Positions 51,290 through 62,129 of a DNA stretch of 64,000 nt are shown here, in pieces (positions within the stretch are counted from its first letter, which is position 1; each line of letters begins with the position of its first letter). The stretch is from the human T2T-CHM13v2.0 reference genome, Homo sapiens: the NCBI RefSeq assembly GCF_009914755.1, contig NC_060932.1. One strand, written 5' to 3'. The notes below the pieces were generated by a model. It made no database searches. It saw nothing but the letters and a program-made list of their open reading frames with translations, and was not told the DNA's origin. Both the position numbers and the translations under genes were made by a program.

Positions 51290-53271
51290 ACTCCAGCCAT
51301 TCTTAATCCAAGGCTTCCCTGCCCGGCTTCACACCAGTCCCTTTGGGATCTCTCAATTCATCACATGGTTTTGTCGTCTTCCATTGAAATTCCAACCTGT
51401 TTGGCCAATGGAGAAGGCAAGTGTTAAGCCATTTATAGTATTATCCCCACTCCTAAAATCTATTCTTCATATATAAGCCTTCCTTATCCAAGACATAAAC
51501 CAGCACCCCCTCCAAAGAAAGGGAAAAAAAGGGACTGCTGCTGATCTTTCTGTTGAGGAATAAATCAATGTTATTCTGAAACTATCTCTTGTTAATATGA
51601 TTCTAAGTATGTATTACTTGCACCACTGAAACCACATAAGCTAAACCTTCAAAAGGCAACTGTCCTGCAGCCATACAATTTGAGATTTTTAGCTGAGCAC
51701 AGAGACTCCTGGGGCCATGACAATTAAGTGCATCCAAGTTAATCAGGAATGAAGGGAGGTGCCAACTGCACAGCCACATGAAAATATTGCTGCTGATGAG
51801 ATGCAGCTGAATGAGTCATGGAGAGGAGATATTCTGTACCAGTGAGAAGCAAATTCCTTCTGAAACTAACTCTGAGACAGGCATCAGAAAACACGTAAAG
51901 TCAACACAATCAAGAAATGATTTTGAAGGCTACAGTTTTTCCTGGAGTCTATTAAAGTTTAGGACCTCTATACCTGATCACCCAATTGGTTTCTCGCATT
52001 CTCACTTGCTCTCTTTCTCTCTCTCTCTGCAGTTGTATAGTCTCTGATCCCTGAGAAACAGTTCCACGAGACTTTGGCCTCCATCTGTGATCACACATCC
52101 CTCAGGGGAGAAAATAATTTGGCTAATCCACATAAGCAGTTGCAATTCTCTCTTTCAAAAGGTTGTCAAATGTATACAAATTACTTTGAGAAATGAAAGA
52201 TAGTCTCTTGAAAATAATTTCTGAAGTTATTTTTGCTACATTTGTATTAAAGAAAATGTTTAAAGACAGGATCAAGAAATTAAAGACAGTTTCAAGAAAA
52301 ATTAGAACATACTATATTAACCAAAGCCTAAAATAAGACTGGTGTCCTGTAGGGAGCAGCCATTGGTGAATTATACAGGTACCATATTGTACCTTTGCTT
52401 TTTTTTAATGCCTCTGTATGTGTGATTTGGTGATATTATCTAAGGTAGGCTATGTTGACACTTAGGAGAATGTGGAACATGTATGTACACACAACTACAG
52501 TGATTACAACACATACTTCAATGATGGAGAAGAAGAAACTTGGGAGAGAAGAGGCAGGCATTGTGCCAGACCCTCTGTCACCCCATTCCGTCCCACATTT
52601 CTCTAGTTCCAAGACAGCCACATAGTTCTGGTGAGGCTGAGACAAGTACAACCATGAGGCCCAGACTGGCCCAGGGGTGACTTGAATGAGTCAGTAAATG
52701 GCACATAACCTAAGATATCCCAGCAGAGGAAGCCTGGAACTTCTGTTCAGTGGACTGGGGAAGAAACACTGTATCCTGCTATTTATAAGCAAGAAGAGGA
52801 GTATTTTTAGAAGGACCAAGCTCTACGCCTAGCAAGCTTGGGTGAGTTGGCTCCCTTTGGTGCAGAAATTTGAGTTCAGGAAATGTAACCATTTCCATAG
52901 TACTTTTGCAGTTTTGTTTTCTTCTACACCCCTTACAAAGTTCCCCCTTTGGGGAGGTTTCAATACTGCTGAGGCTGAACTGTAGGGAAGCAAAAGTCTC
53001 CCAGAGGAAGGTTCGTGAGAGATTGAACCCTACAGGTCTGTATTGTGATAGCAACAAATTAATTACAACTAATGAGAAAAGGAATAGGCTAAACTAAGAC
53101 CAAGGATCAAAGAATTTTCTGATTCCTCCTATTTTTTCTTGACAAAATTTCCTTGTTTATCCTTATAATTAATTTACAGAAATAAATGAAAAGAGAACAT
53201 ATACATAATTGTTGTGAAAACTGAAGCTTGACAGAGTGTCCTCTTAAGGAGAACAGAAAGAGGATGGGCAG

Positions 53272-54004
53272 TGTTCTGAGCTGAACCGTGTCCTCTCAAA
53301 ATTCCTATGTTGGAGTCCTAAACCCCAGTACTTCAGAATGTGACTGTACGGTCCTGCCTTGGTATCCCTGGGGGAGTGGTTCCAGGATGCCCCCGTCAGA
53401 TCCAAAATCCATGGATGCTCCAGTCCCTGATATAAAATGAGATAGTTTTTGCATATAACTTATGCAGATCCTCCCTTATACTCTAAGTCATCTCAAGATT
53501 ACTTATAATACCTACTACAATGTAAAGGTTATGTAAATAGTTGTTATACTCTATTGTTTATGGAATAATGACAAGAAAGAAAGTCTGTACATCTTCAGTG
53601 CAGGTGCAATTTAAAAAAACAACATTTTTCAGCCATGGTTGGTTGAATCCATGGATGCAGAATTCACAGATATGGAATGAGGGCTGACTGCATTTGGAGA
53701 CAGGAGCTTTAAAGAGATAATTAAGGTAAATGAGGCCATATGGGTGGGCCCCAATCTGATATGACTGGTGTCCTCATAAGAAGAAGAGATTAAGACACAG
53801 ATGTGTAGGGGAAAGGCTATGTGAAGTTACAGGGAGAAGGCAGCATCTACAGGCCGAGGAGAGAGGCCTCGGGCCTCAGGGGAAGCCCTGCAGACACCTT
53901 GATCTCAGGCTTCTGGCCTCCAGAACTGTGAGACAATCAACAACAGGGGTTGCTTAACCCACCCAGTCTGCGGTGCTTTGTTATGGCAGCCTCAGCAAAC
54001 TAAG
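53272..54004 (+). mobile_element. MLT1A-like LTR split by MER2
   Basis: tgttctgagctgaaccgtgtcc...agaatgtgactg | atttggagacagg...atggcagcctcagcaaactaa. Confidence 0.85.
53349..53690. mobile_element. MER2 (TcMar-Tigger) non-autonomous DNA transposon
   Basis: ccttggtatccctgggggagtggttccagga...ggttgaatccatggatgcagaa...gagggctgactg. Degenerate TA target (ta/ca). Confidence 0.85.
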
Positions 54005-54009
54005 GGAGG

Positions 54010-55320
54010 CTCTAGAAACCTGAGGTGTCAGGGAGATCATCACACTGAGCCATTTAGAAGGAAGGAGTCCAGCTGAGTCTGCAGAAAGGAATGGATAACT
54101 GGGAGAGAGAGAGATAATTAGATTTAGGATTTGTCAGAATGTACCTGACAGTTATGGCCACACAAATGGATGAAACCATTGAAAGGGAGTGTGATGAGTC
54201 ACCTTGGCCAGGCTACAGTCCCCAGGTTTTCAAACACTCATCTCGGTACTGCTGCAAAGGTGTTTTGTAGGAGTGATTTGAGTCCATAATCAGTTGACTT
54301 TAAGCAAGGGAGACCATCCTATGTAATCTGAAAATGGGGCCTGATCCAATCAGTGGGAACCTTAAAAGCAGAGCCAAAGATCCCTGAGGAAGAAGAAATT
54401 CTGCCTGGAGAGCAGCAGCTTGTCTCTCCTGACTTCCTATCTTAGCCAGTCCCACAGTCACCTATGCCATTTTTTTGTGAGAAATTTCTTAACATGGACA
54501 TCCTCTACTGGTCCTGCTTCTTTGGCTGATCCTTGACTAATACAGAGAATATGCAAAGTGAGGACAGAAGAGAGCTGAGAAGGCTCTGGAGAATATGAGC
54601 ATTTAGGAAACCTCAGAGGAAGGGCAATCTGTGCAGGGGAGCAAGGAGAATGCCAGAGGATGTGGGGGAAGCCAAGGAGAGGGTGCTATTCGAGAAAGTG
54701 AGGACCTAAGGTCACCCAAGCATGCCAGACCCTCCACACAAGCCAAGTGAAAGTGGCCTAAAACGAGCATCTGAAACACACACCAGGGCTTTGGTGAAGG
54801 AGCATCAGGGGGAGCTCAAATGCTCAGGGCAGAGGACTGCGTGGAAGAAAAGGAAACAAAGAGTAGGGATTACTCCTCCAAGAAGCTTGCCTACCCATGA
54901 CAGGCAGGAGGATGAAGGACATTAGCTAAGGAAATGAGGAAAATGGAGGGTTGGTGGATAGTGGGTTGTTGATTGTTTGTAAGATGACAGATGCTTGGTT
55001 ATGTTCATGTGCTGAAGAGCAGGTGAAGAGGGAGAGATTGCAGACACAGTAGAAAGGAGATAGCTTATATGGTAAAGACCCCAGGAGCAATGAGCTTCAA
55101 AACCAAGGAGAAGGAATTAGCCTTGGATAGAAGGAAGGAGAATCTTCCTGTGAGACAAAACAGAATGCAGGGAGGATGGCTGCCAAAGTGTGTATGTAGA
55201 GAAGCAGTGTTCCTGAGGGCTGCACTCCAGTGTCTTGGTGAAGTACTGGGTAAAAACACTCATGAAGAGAATATGATAAAGAGAGTAAAGAATATGACCA
55301 TGAAGAGAATATGATCAGGT
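54010..55320 (-). mobile_element. L2 fragments hosting LTR insertions
   Basis: Purine-rich, degenerate L2-like sequence on both sides of the MLT2. Confidence 0.5.
54190..54544 (+). mobile_element. MLT2-type (ERVL) LTR
   Basis: tgtgatg...ataatcagttgactttaagcaagggaga...tactggtcctgcttctttggctgatccttgactaataca. Confidence 0.75.
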
Positions 55321-55789
55321 GGAGGGTTTGGGAATAAGGGTAGATTTGAATTCATTTTTTAAAATGGGAAATGAAACAAGGAATTGGCTCTTTCTGGAAA
55401 ACAGAAGAGGGACACAGAAAAACTTCTAGGGAGAATTAGGGTCAGATATACTTGAAGGTGGTGACTGTCTTGACAAAAATAAAATTGATTTTATCCAACA
55501 GCATCCAACTAGCTGGGTATAGGAATAAGGAAGGTAGGTTACTGGCTTGATCAAGGGTTAAGGCTTTGGTGGAAGACACTGGCAGAAGTACAAGAAGGCA
55601 GGACACTTGGGTGTGTTGTCAAGACAGAGCTTTAAGTGATAGCTCATGCAGTCTAGGATGGGGAAGAGAAAAAGAGACAATCTGGGAGAAAATGTAGAAC
55701 CTCCTGGAAAGAAAGAATCCAAATGTTTGCAGGAGTGGTATGGTGGGAAATGAGGAGCAGAATGGATAAGAGCATAGGATCAATGGTCA

Positions 55790-55990
55790 GGCCACTGGCA
55801 TCATTCTGGCCCCGTGAGTTACCCAGGTGTAACCTTAGTTTATTTCATCTTTCTGCGCTTTAGTTTCCTCATCTGTTAAGTGGGTATGGTAATGATATAC
55901 CTATAGTTGTGAAGATTAAATAATTCACATGAAGAAGGTAGCTTTACCTGCTTGACACATATTAAGTGTTCATTAAATGTTAGTTATCTT
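55790..55990 (+). mobile_element. MIR
   Basis: tttagtttcctcatctgttaagtggg...gttgtgaagattaaa...cattaaatgttagttat. Confidence 0.75.
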
Positions 55991-56062
55991 CTTTAAGGGA
56001 GGAGAAAGTCGAACGCGTATGAAGTTGTGGTAAGAGTGGCAGAATGGATGTTTGTGATGTCA

Positions 56063-56610
<548 letters not shown>

Positions 56611-58553
56611 TTAATGTGCCCTAATTATCAAGGGATTATGTCAGTTGGTACACACTAAATGATGAGAACTCTTGAAACTTTAAATCAGAAGATACGAGGC
56701 AGCATTCCAGGGGCCCAAGGTGGGAAAAGCTATTTGTAAGGCAGGCCTAAAAGTAGGCATATCTTTCTCCAGAGCTCTTTCTCCCCAGGTCTGAGCTGAA
56801 CAGTCTAGATCTGCACCTGCCCACACTCTGAGCATCTAAGTTCCATTTCTACAATGATTTTCTATAAGGTTGAACTATGCTAGGAGCCTTTCCCATGTAA
56901 AACATATAAAATAGTATCCTTCATCTTTCAAGCACAGCTACTCAGTCTCTTCAGTAACAAGGGCTATGGGGCCTCCACACCCTGGTTCTGCACTCAGGCC
57001 TGATGATCACAACGCAACCCACTTCATGCCACCCTCTCTCTGATCTTCAGTCTCTTCATTTCCTAAGATAAATAAACCCAAGTACATCAATTCTTCTTCA
57101 AAGGTTTTATTTTTCAATCCTTGAACCATCTATCATTATGAAATAATACTAAATACTCCTTTTCCTTCTTAGCTATAGACTTGAGTGAACTAGGTTCACT
57201 AGACATTAACCTTTTACTTGTGAAGACCTTAAAATGTATGTGCTCTAGCCATAAGTGAACTAGATAGATTTCAGTAGGTTGGTACTCCAGGATGGCAGTA
57301 GAACTCTTCGCTTTTCATTCATCATCAAACGTAACCTTTAAGTATTGGGAGGTGGGAGAATGGAGAATGATGTATGTGAACTATCCAACTTCTTTTATAT
57401 TTTTAGCTGAACTTATCCCCTTATAACACACTTTAGTGTTGGATATATTTGGGAAATCTATCCATTAAAAATCCTAGCTAATCTACAGGATTTTTTTTTC
57501 CTTCTTACATGTCAAATGTTCCCCATGGAGTTATATTTGCACATAACATCTAAATGTTATTTTAGGATTCTTCATTCTTTTTAATCCTAGTCTGCAAAAG
57601 GTTGTAGAGCAACTACAAAGCTCTTTTCAAACTGCAGACTTCAGGGGCTCATTCAAATAACAATATGTATCTGTTTTACTTGAGCACCTAAATATGATAT
57701 GGGTAGAAACAGAGCTATTTTTTTTCCTAGAGCTTTCTTTTGCTTAACAATGTTTCTATTACCCCACCACCAAATAAATAGCTTCTGTACCAAAGATCTC
57801 CTAAAATTTTTAATTAAAATTTAGAATACAGTTGTCTTTTCTTTTGTCTAATTGTCTCTTTAGTGGAGGCCAGCCCTGAGATTACTAATGACTTGGACAA
57901 ACAATTTAATTTTAAAATATTCCTTCCTTCTATAACCTTTACTCATCATGGATAGAATTCCTGCGAAATGCAATAGGCAATTATGAAAACCAAGGGCACC
58001 AAGCTATAAACACTAGTTGTTGATGAAATGAGCTTTATAATATGTGTTTGGCGACTTAAATGATGGTTTTTAATGTCAGAGCATACATAGGAATAAAAGA
58101 CCTGACATTCTCAAGCAAAAAAGTAAAAATAAAAATAAAGCAGTATTTTATTATGATAATTTTCCAAGAGAAAGATTTATGCTACCATTCATGATATGGT
58201 TGTTAAAGTTCATAATAAATAAATGGCCTGTTTCAAAACTAAAATCAAGCTTAAAAAAAATCAGCTATTCATCGTTTCAGAGTCCCTAGCCAGGGTGACT
58301 TGCATCCCGCCCTTATTTCATAGAGACTTCTCAAAGGAACACAAGCTTCCTACTCCCTCTCACAGGTGTGTTGACAAAGCTCTAGTGCTCCCAGAAAAGG
58401 AAACACATCTATCTTAAGAAAAGTGCAGAACAAAGTTAGGTTTTCCTTTTCTTGTTTTTCTTTCTTAAAGTCAGAATCACTTTGCTTACCAAAAAATTAG
58501 CATATATGTGGATATTGGGATACTTATTATTGGAAGTTGACTTGAAGAAATTT

Positions 58554-58554
<1 letters not shown>

Positions 58555-58586
<32 letters not shown>
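58555..58586. repeat. (CA)16 microsatellite in intron 2
   Basis: Direct reading. Confidence 0.97.
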
Positions 58587-58588
<2 letters not shown>

Positions 58589-59265
58589 TAAAACCTTCAA
58601 TTTCTCATGGTGAAAAAAACAGCGAAGTAGTTTTTGAAAATCTCCACAGGCCATGTTTTAGAGGATAAATATTATTTACTGATATTCCTAACAAATGGGA
58701 TGCCATTTGATACTAAAAAGGCTCATATATGCATATCAACAACGCTAGAGCATATATCAGGTTTTGTTTCATAAGCCAAAACACCAGTCTGAGGAGTCCC
58801 AGGAAATTCGGAATTATCTTCAGTGCATTGGGTGGGCTTGAAATTTATCTTAAGAAATATTTGCAAAGGGCATAACAAAGTGCTCCAAACTGGCGCAGGC
58901 AAATGGATTAGTTCCTTTACCAGGAACCCCTGACCCTGTTGTCAGCACCCTGGCACCTTGCCCTGCGCATAGAGTTTTCAGCAGAAACACTGGGCCCTAG
59001 GGTGGGGTCGGGGGGTTACTCTGAAATCTTCCAGACGCCCCTGGCCGCTCGGATTCGCCTGTGTGAACCTCTCAGCACTCCACCAAAAACTCCCAGAAAA
59101 TCCTTCACCTCTTCTAGGAAGCCACCCTGTAGCATTTCCAGGATCCTTCACGGAACAGAGTCCCCACCACCTGGCTGGCTGCCCCCACTGCTGCTCCAGT
59201 GGCGGGGCCTGACCCTCACTCCCTGCCCCGCCCAGCCCCCAGCGCTGCGCTGTCCCCGCGCTCAC

Positions 59266-59522
59266 CGGATGATCACGAACATGACCAGCGAGTTGCCCAC
59301 CAAGCCCACGACGAACACTACGGAGTAGACCGCCGTGATGATGACCGGGATGGCCGGGGAGATGTGCGCGGGCTCCAGCTGCGCGTCCTCCGAGCCGGCG
59401 CTGCCGTTGCTGTCGGGCTCGGCCCAGCCGGGAAACCAGGCGCTGCTGTTGGGGGGCAGGCAGGCGCTCGGGGCGCAGGTAGGGCCCGGCTCCCCGCGGA
59501 AGATCTGGATCGGGGAGTCCAT
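59266..59522 (-). CDS. OPRK1: Kappa opioid receptor, first coding exon (exon 2; aa 1-86, N-terminus and TM1)
   Basis: ATG at 59522-59520 in strong Kozak context GCCCCACCATGG. Translates MDSPIQIFRGEPGPTCAPSAC...VGLVGNSLVMFVIIR, with N-glycosylation sequons N25 (NSS) and N39 (NGS). Donor CG|gtgagc at 59266/59265; 257 coding nt. Confidence 0.99.
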
Positions 59523-59570
59523 GGTGGGGCGATTGCAGCAGGAAGGCGAGGACAGGCGGCACCTGCGGCG
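59523..59570 (-). other. OPRK1: 5' UTR part of OPRK1 exon 2
   Basis: Pyrimidine tract and acceptor ttctttcgctcccgcag|CGCCGCAGG, 48 nt upstream of the ATG. Confidence 0.8.
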
Positions 59571-59932
59571 CTGCGGGAGCGAAAGAACCGGCTGGACGCG
59601 GAGAGGCAAACTTTGCCCGCGCCCTGGCCAGCGGCGCTGGGGACCCGGAGCCTGCGGACTCCCACCCGGGCCGCAAGTCGCCGGGGGCAGGACAGGGAGA
59701 ACGGACTTCTCGCTGCCTTTCCGGCCAGCAGGCGCGCCGCTGGGTGCCAGAGAGGGGCGAAGAGCGCTCGCTCCTTCTCCCCCAGCCCCTGAGGTGCCTC
59801 CCTCACCAATTCTAGGCACCGGCCCCTGGTGGAACTGTCCCCAGACTGCCTGAGTCCCCAGGGTCAAGCCCCCTTCCCACCTCCCAGCACGGAGCTCTAC
59901 CTAGAACTGCACCTCGAAAGCCCAAAGCTTAC

Positions 59933-60120
59933 CTATGGTTCCCAGAGACAGGCGAAGGCGAGGTTTTTTACGGGACGCCCTGGTAGGTGCTGAACCGCGC
60001 GCTCACGAGTCCCGCTCAGCTCTTGGCATCACCTGCTCTCGGACCCCGGCCCCGCTCTCCGCCCGAGGGCTGCTGTTCCGCCGAGCGCAGCCCCCGCCTC
60101 TCAGCGCACGTCTCCCACTA
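59933..60120 (-). other. OPRK1: OPRK1 non-coding exon 1 (5' end approximate)
   Basis: Strong donor CCATAG|gtaagc at 59933/59932, in the CpG island just downstream of a GC-box cluster. The TSS cannot be read exactly from sequence. Confidence 0.8.
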
Positions 60121-60135
60121 CTGGCGGCGGCTCTG

Positions 60136-60181
60136 CGGGGCGGGGCGGGGCGGGACGCGGCGGGACGCAGCCGGGACGCGG
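60136..60181 (+). promoter_or_regulatory. Tandem GC boxes (Sp/KLF) plus three CGGGACGC repeats
   Basis: GGGGCGGGGCGGGGCGGG at 60137-60154, running into three CGGGACGC copies, immediately upstream of exon 1. Confidence 0.8.
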
Positions 60182-62129
60182 CTGGGCGCTGGGGGCCTGC
60201 GGGCGGAGAGCTCGTCTGGTGCGCCCGCCCCAGGCCGGCAGGTCCCTGCCCCGCCCCGCCCGCCCGGAGTCAGCCCCCAGCTCCCCAGCCTCCCAGCCCC
60301 GCGTCCCCTCCAGCCCCGCAGGCTCGCCCGGCCCACTAACTGCCCGAGCGGCACACCGCCTGGTCCCCGGCCATGCAGCCTTCCCCAAGACCTGAGACTG
60401 AGCCATTTAGATTTAGTAAAAAGGAGGAGCATGCCTATTTAGTGCAAGTATGCACCTGGATTTTCATATTGTGTCTAGAACTTCTTATCTGCATAGTTCG
60501 CAGTCAGGAACTACGCTTATTAGAATGGCCCATCCAAAGAAAGTAACAAAATGATCCAGTTAGAATAAGACCAGTTCATAAAATAATGACTTAAAAGACA
60601 CATAAATAGAATATTTCCTTGCGTTCTCTTCCATTCCGTCTGCTCTAACTGGGATGACAGGCTGCAGACAAACTGCACCTTACGGGTATTACCTGAATTG
60701 CTGATAGTATCTGAGAAGGGCAAAACACTCTCCTTACCCGGGCCTCAGTGGTGCTCCAGGGAGGTGACAGTGTCTCTGTTTTACATTAATCCCTGCAGCC
60801 ATCACGTTCTCCTCACTTCTCCCTCACAGTAGGGCTGCCTCCATTATACGGCCGCGAATCTGAGCGTCCGTAAATAAACTGTCACCATCATTTCTTTGCA
60901 AAACTCTGCTAGTCCAAGGGTAGCTGTCAGATCCTGCTGAGTGAGAGACATTCTCTTCTCAGGCAAAGGGACCGGCAAGACACAAAGGGAGCAAGGGCTC
61001 AGCCCCTGAGGTGAAGGTTCTGAAAGGGAGTGGGGAAGTTCCCCTTCTCCACAGGGTACTGGAGACAGGCCTGGGGGAGACTGGGGGTTTAGGCACCTCA
61101 ATTTCCCCAGTGGATTCACTGCCTCAGGCTGACAAACACAGGTCCCCACTGCATCCCACAGCTAATGTCCATGCCACACCTGGACACACTAATGACTGAT
61201 ACAGCCCTTCCCTCCATCAGCGGAGGGCAGAAGGGGGTTCCTGTCTCTTTCAAGACGCCATGACCCCAAAGTGGGATTTGACCACCAGCGTCTTGCCGCC
61301 TGGAGATGAACAACTCTTTTGAGCAGTGTAATATGAAGAGCATAAGGAAATCTTCCCTTTGTTCAACCATATCCCTTCAACCCTTTCAAATAATTTTGAA
61401 AATTATTATCAAGTCTTAGAGTTCTTTTAAGTCTGATTGCAAACTGTCATTGAAGGATCACATCTCCTTCAGTAACACATCAGACCTGCTGAGACCTCAT
61501 AAGGGCCTCAGTAGTTTTATTTCATTTGAGCACTCTTACCTTTCTTGTTTACCAAATTAATGGCCAAAATAAAGGGAAGACAAAATGAACAGAGCATTGA
61601 GAAGCCCTCAGGTGGCTCAGGTTGCCAGGGGAACCCACTCGAGTCTCTAAATCCAGGAAGTATGGCTGCTTCTGTGGAGTCATGCTCTTAGGAGTATGCA
61701 ATTTTATCATAATATCAGATAAAAGCTCATAAAATAGAAAGGAAAAGTAAACTGCTAAAATGCTATATACTGTTACACACTGATATAAAGCACATGTGGT
61801 TATACTTGGCCATTCTACTCAATGCAAACACTATGCTTATAACTAAGTACATGGAAAGCACTTTTAAAGATGAAAATGTGGAGATTTTTATTGGATAATG
61901 CTACAATGCTAAGGAGCATCCTGGGTAGTGGGTGGCTTTGACATTTTTGTTAGATAGACTAGATAACCCACCAGTAAATTGCAATTAACTCCCTTTCTTG
62001 TGGCTCCAACAACAGATATTGTTGTGCAGCAATGAGTGCAGAGCTGGAGGGAGCAACTTCATTAGCTTAAGACCCCAGTGCAGCCAATGGAGTCTTGCTG
62101 AGCCGGGATGCAGCTGGCTTCAGCTCACT

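Larger units (their letters stand above)
59200..60380. promoter_or_regulatory. CpG island / OPRK1 promoter
   Basis: Very GC- and CpG-rich stretch covering exons 1-2, in an otherwise CpG-depleted window. No obvious TATA box. Confidence 0.95.

Noticed and set aside
55261-55315. catgaagagaatatgat repeated twice
   Set aside because: Small local duplication in decayed L2-like sequence with no functional cue.
57000-57700. Possible CR1/L3 remnant
   Set aside because: Too degenerate to support by eye; needs a Dfam search.
58939-60442. Many long overlapping ORFs (129-232 aa) on both strands around exons 1-2
   Set aside because: Expected from stop-codon scarcity in a CpG island; low-complexity R/P/A/G composition. 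Only the MDSPIQ frame is recognisable.
60489-60872. Two 9-bp imperfect hairpins upstream of the promoter (gcatagttc/gaactacgc; tacggccgc/gcgtccgta)
   Set aside because: Short stems with a mismatch are expected by chance in 64 kb.
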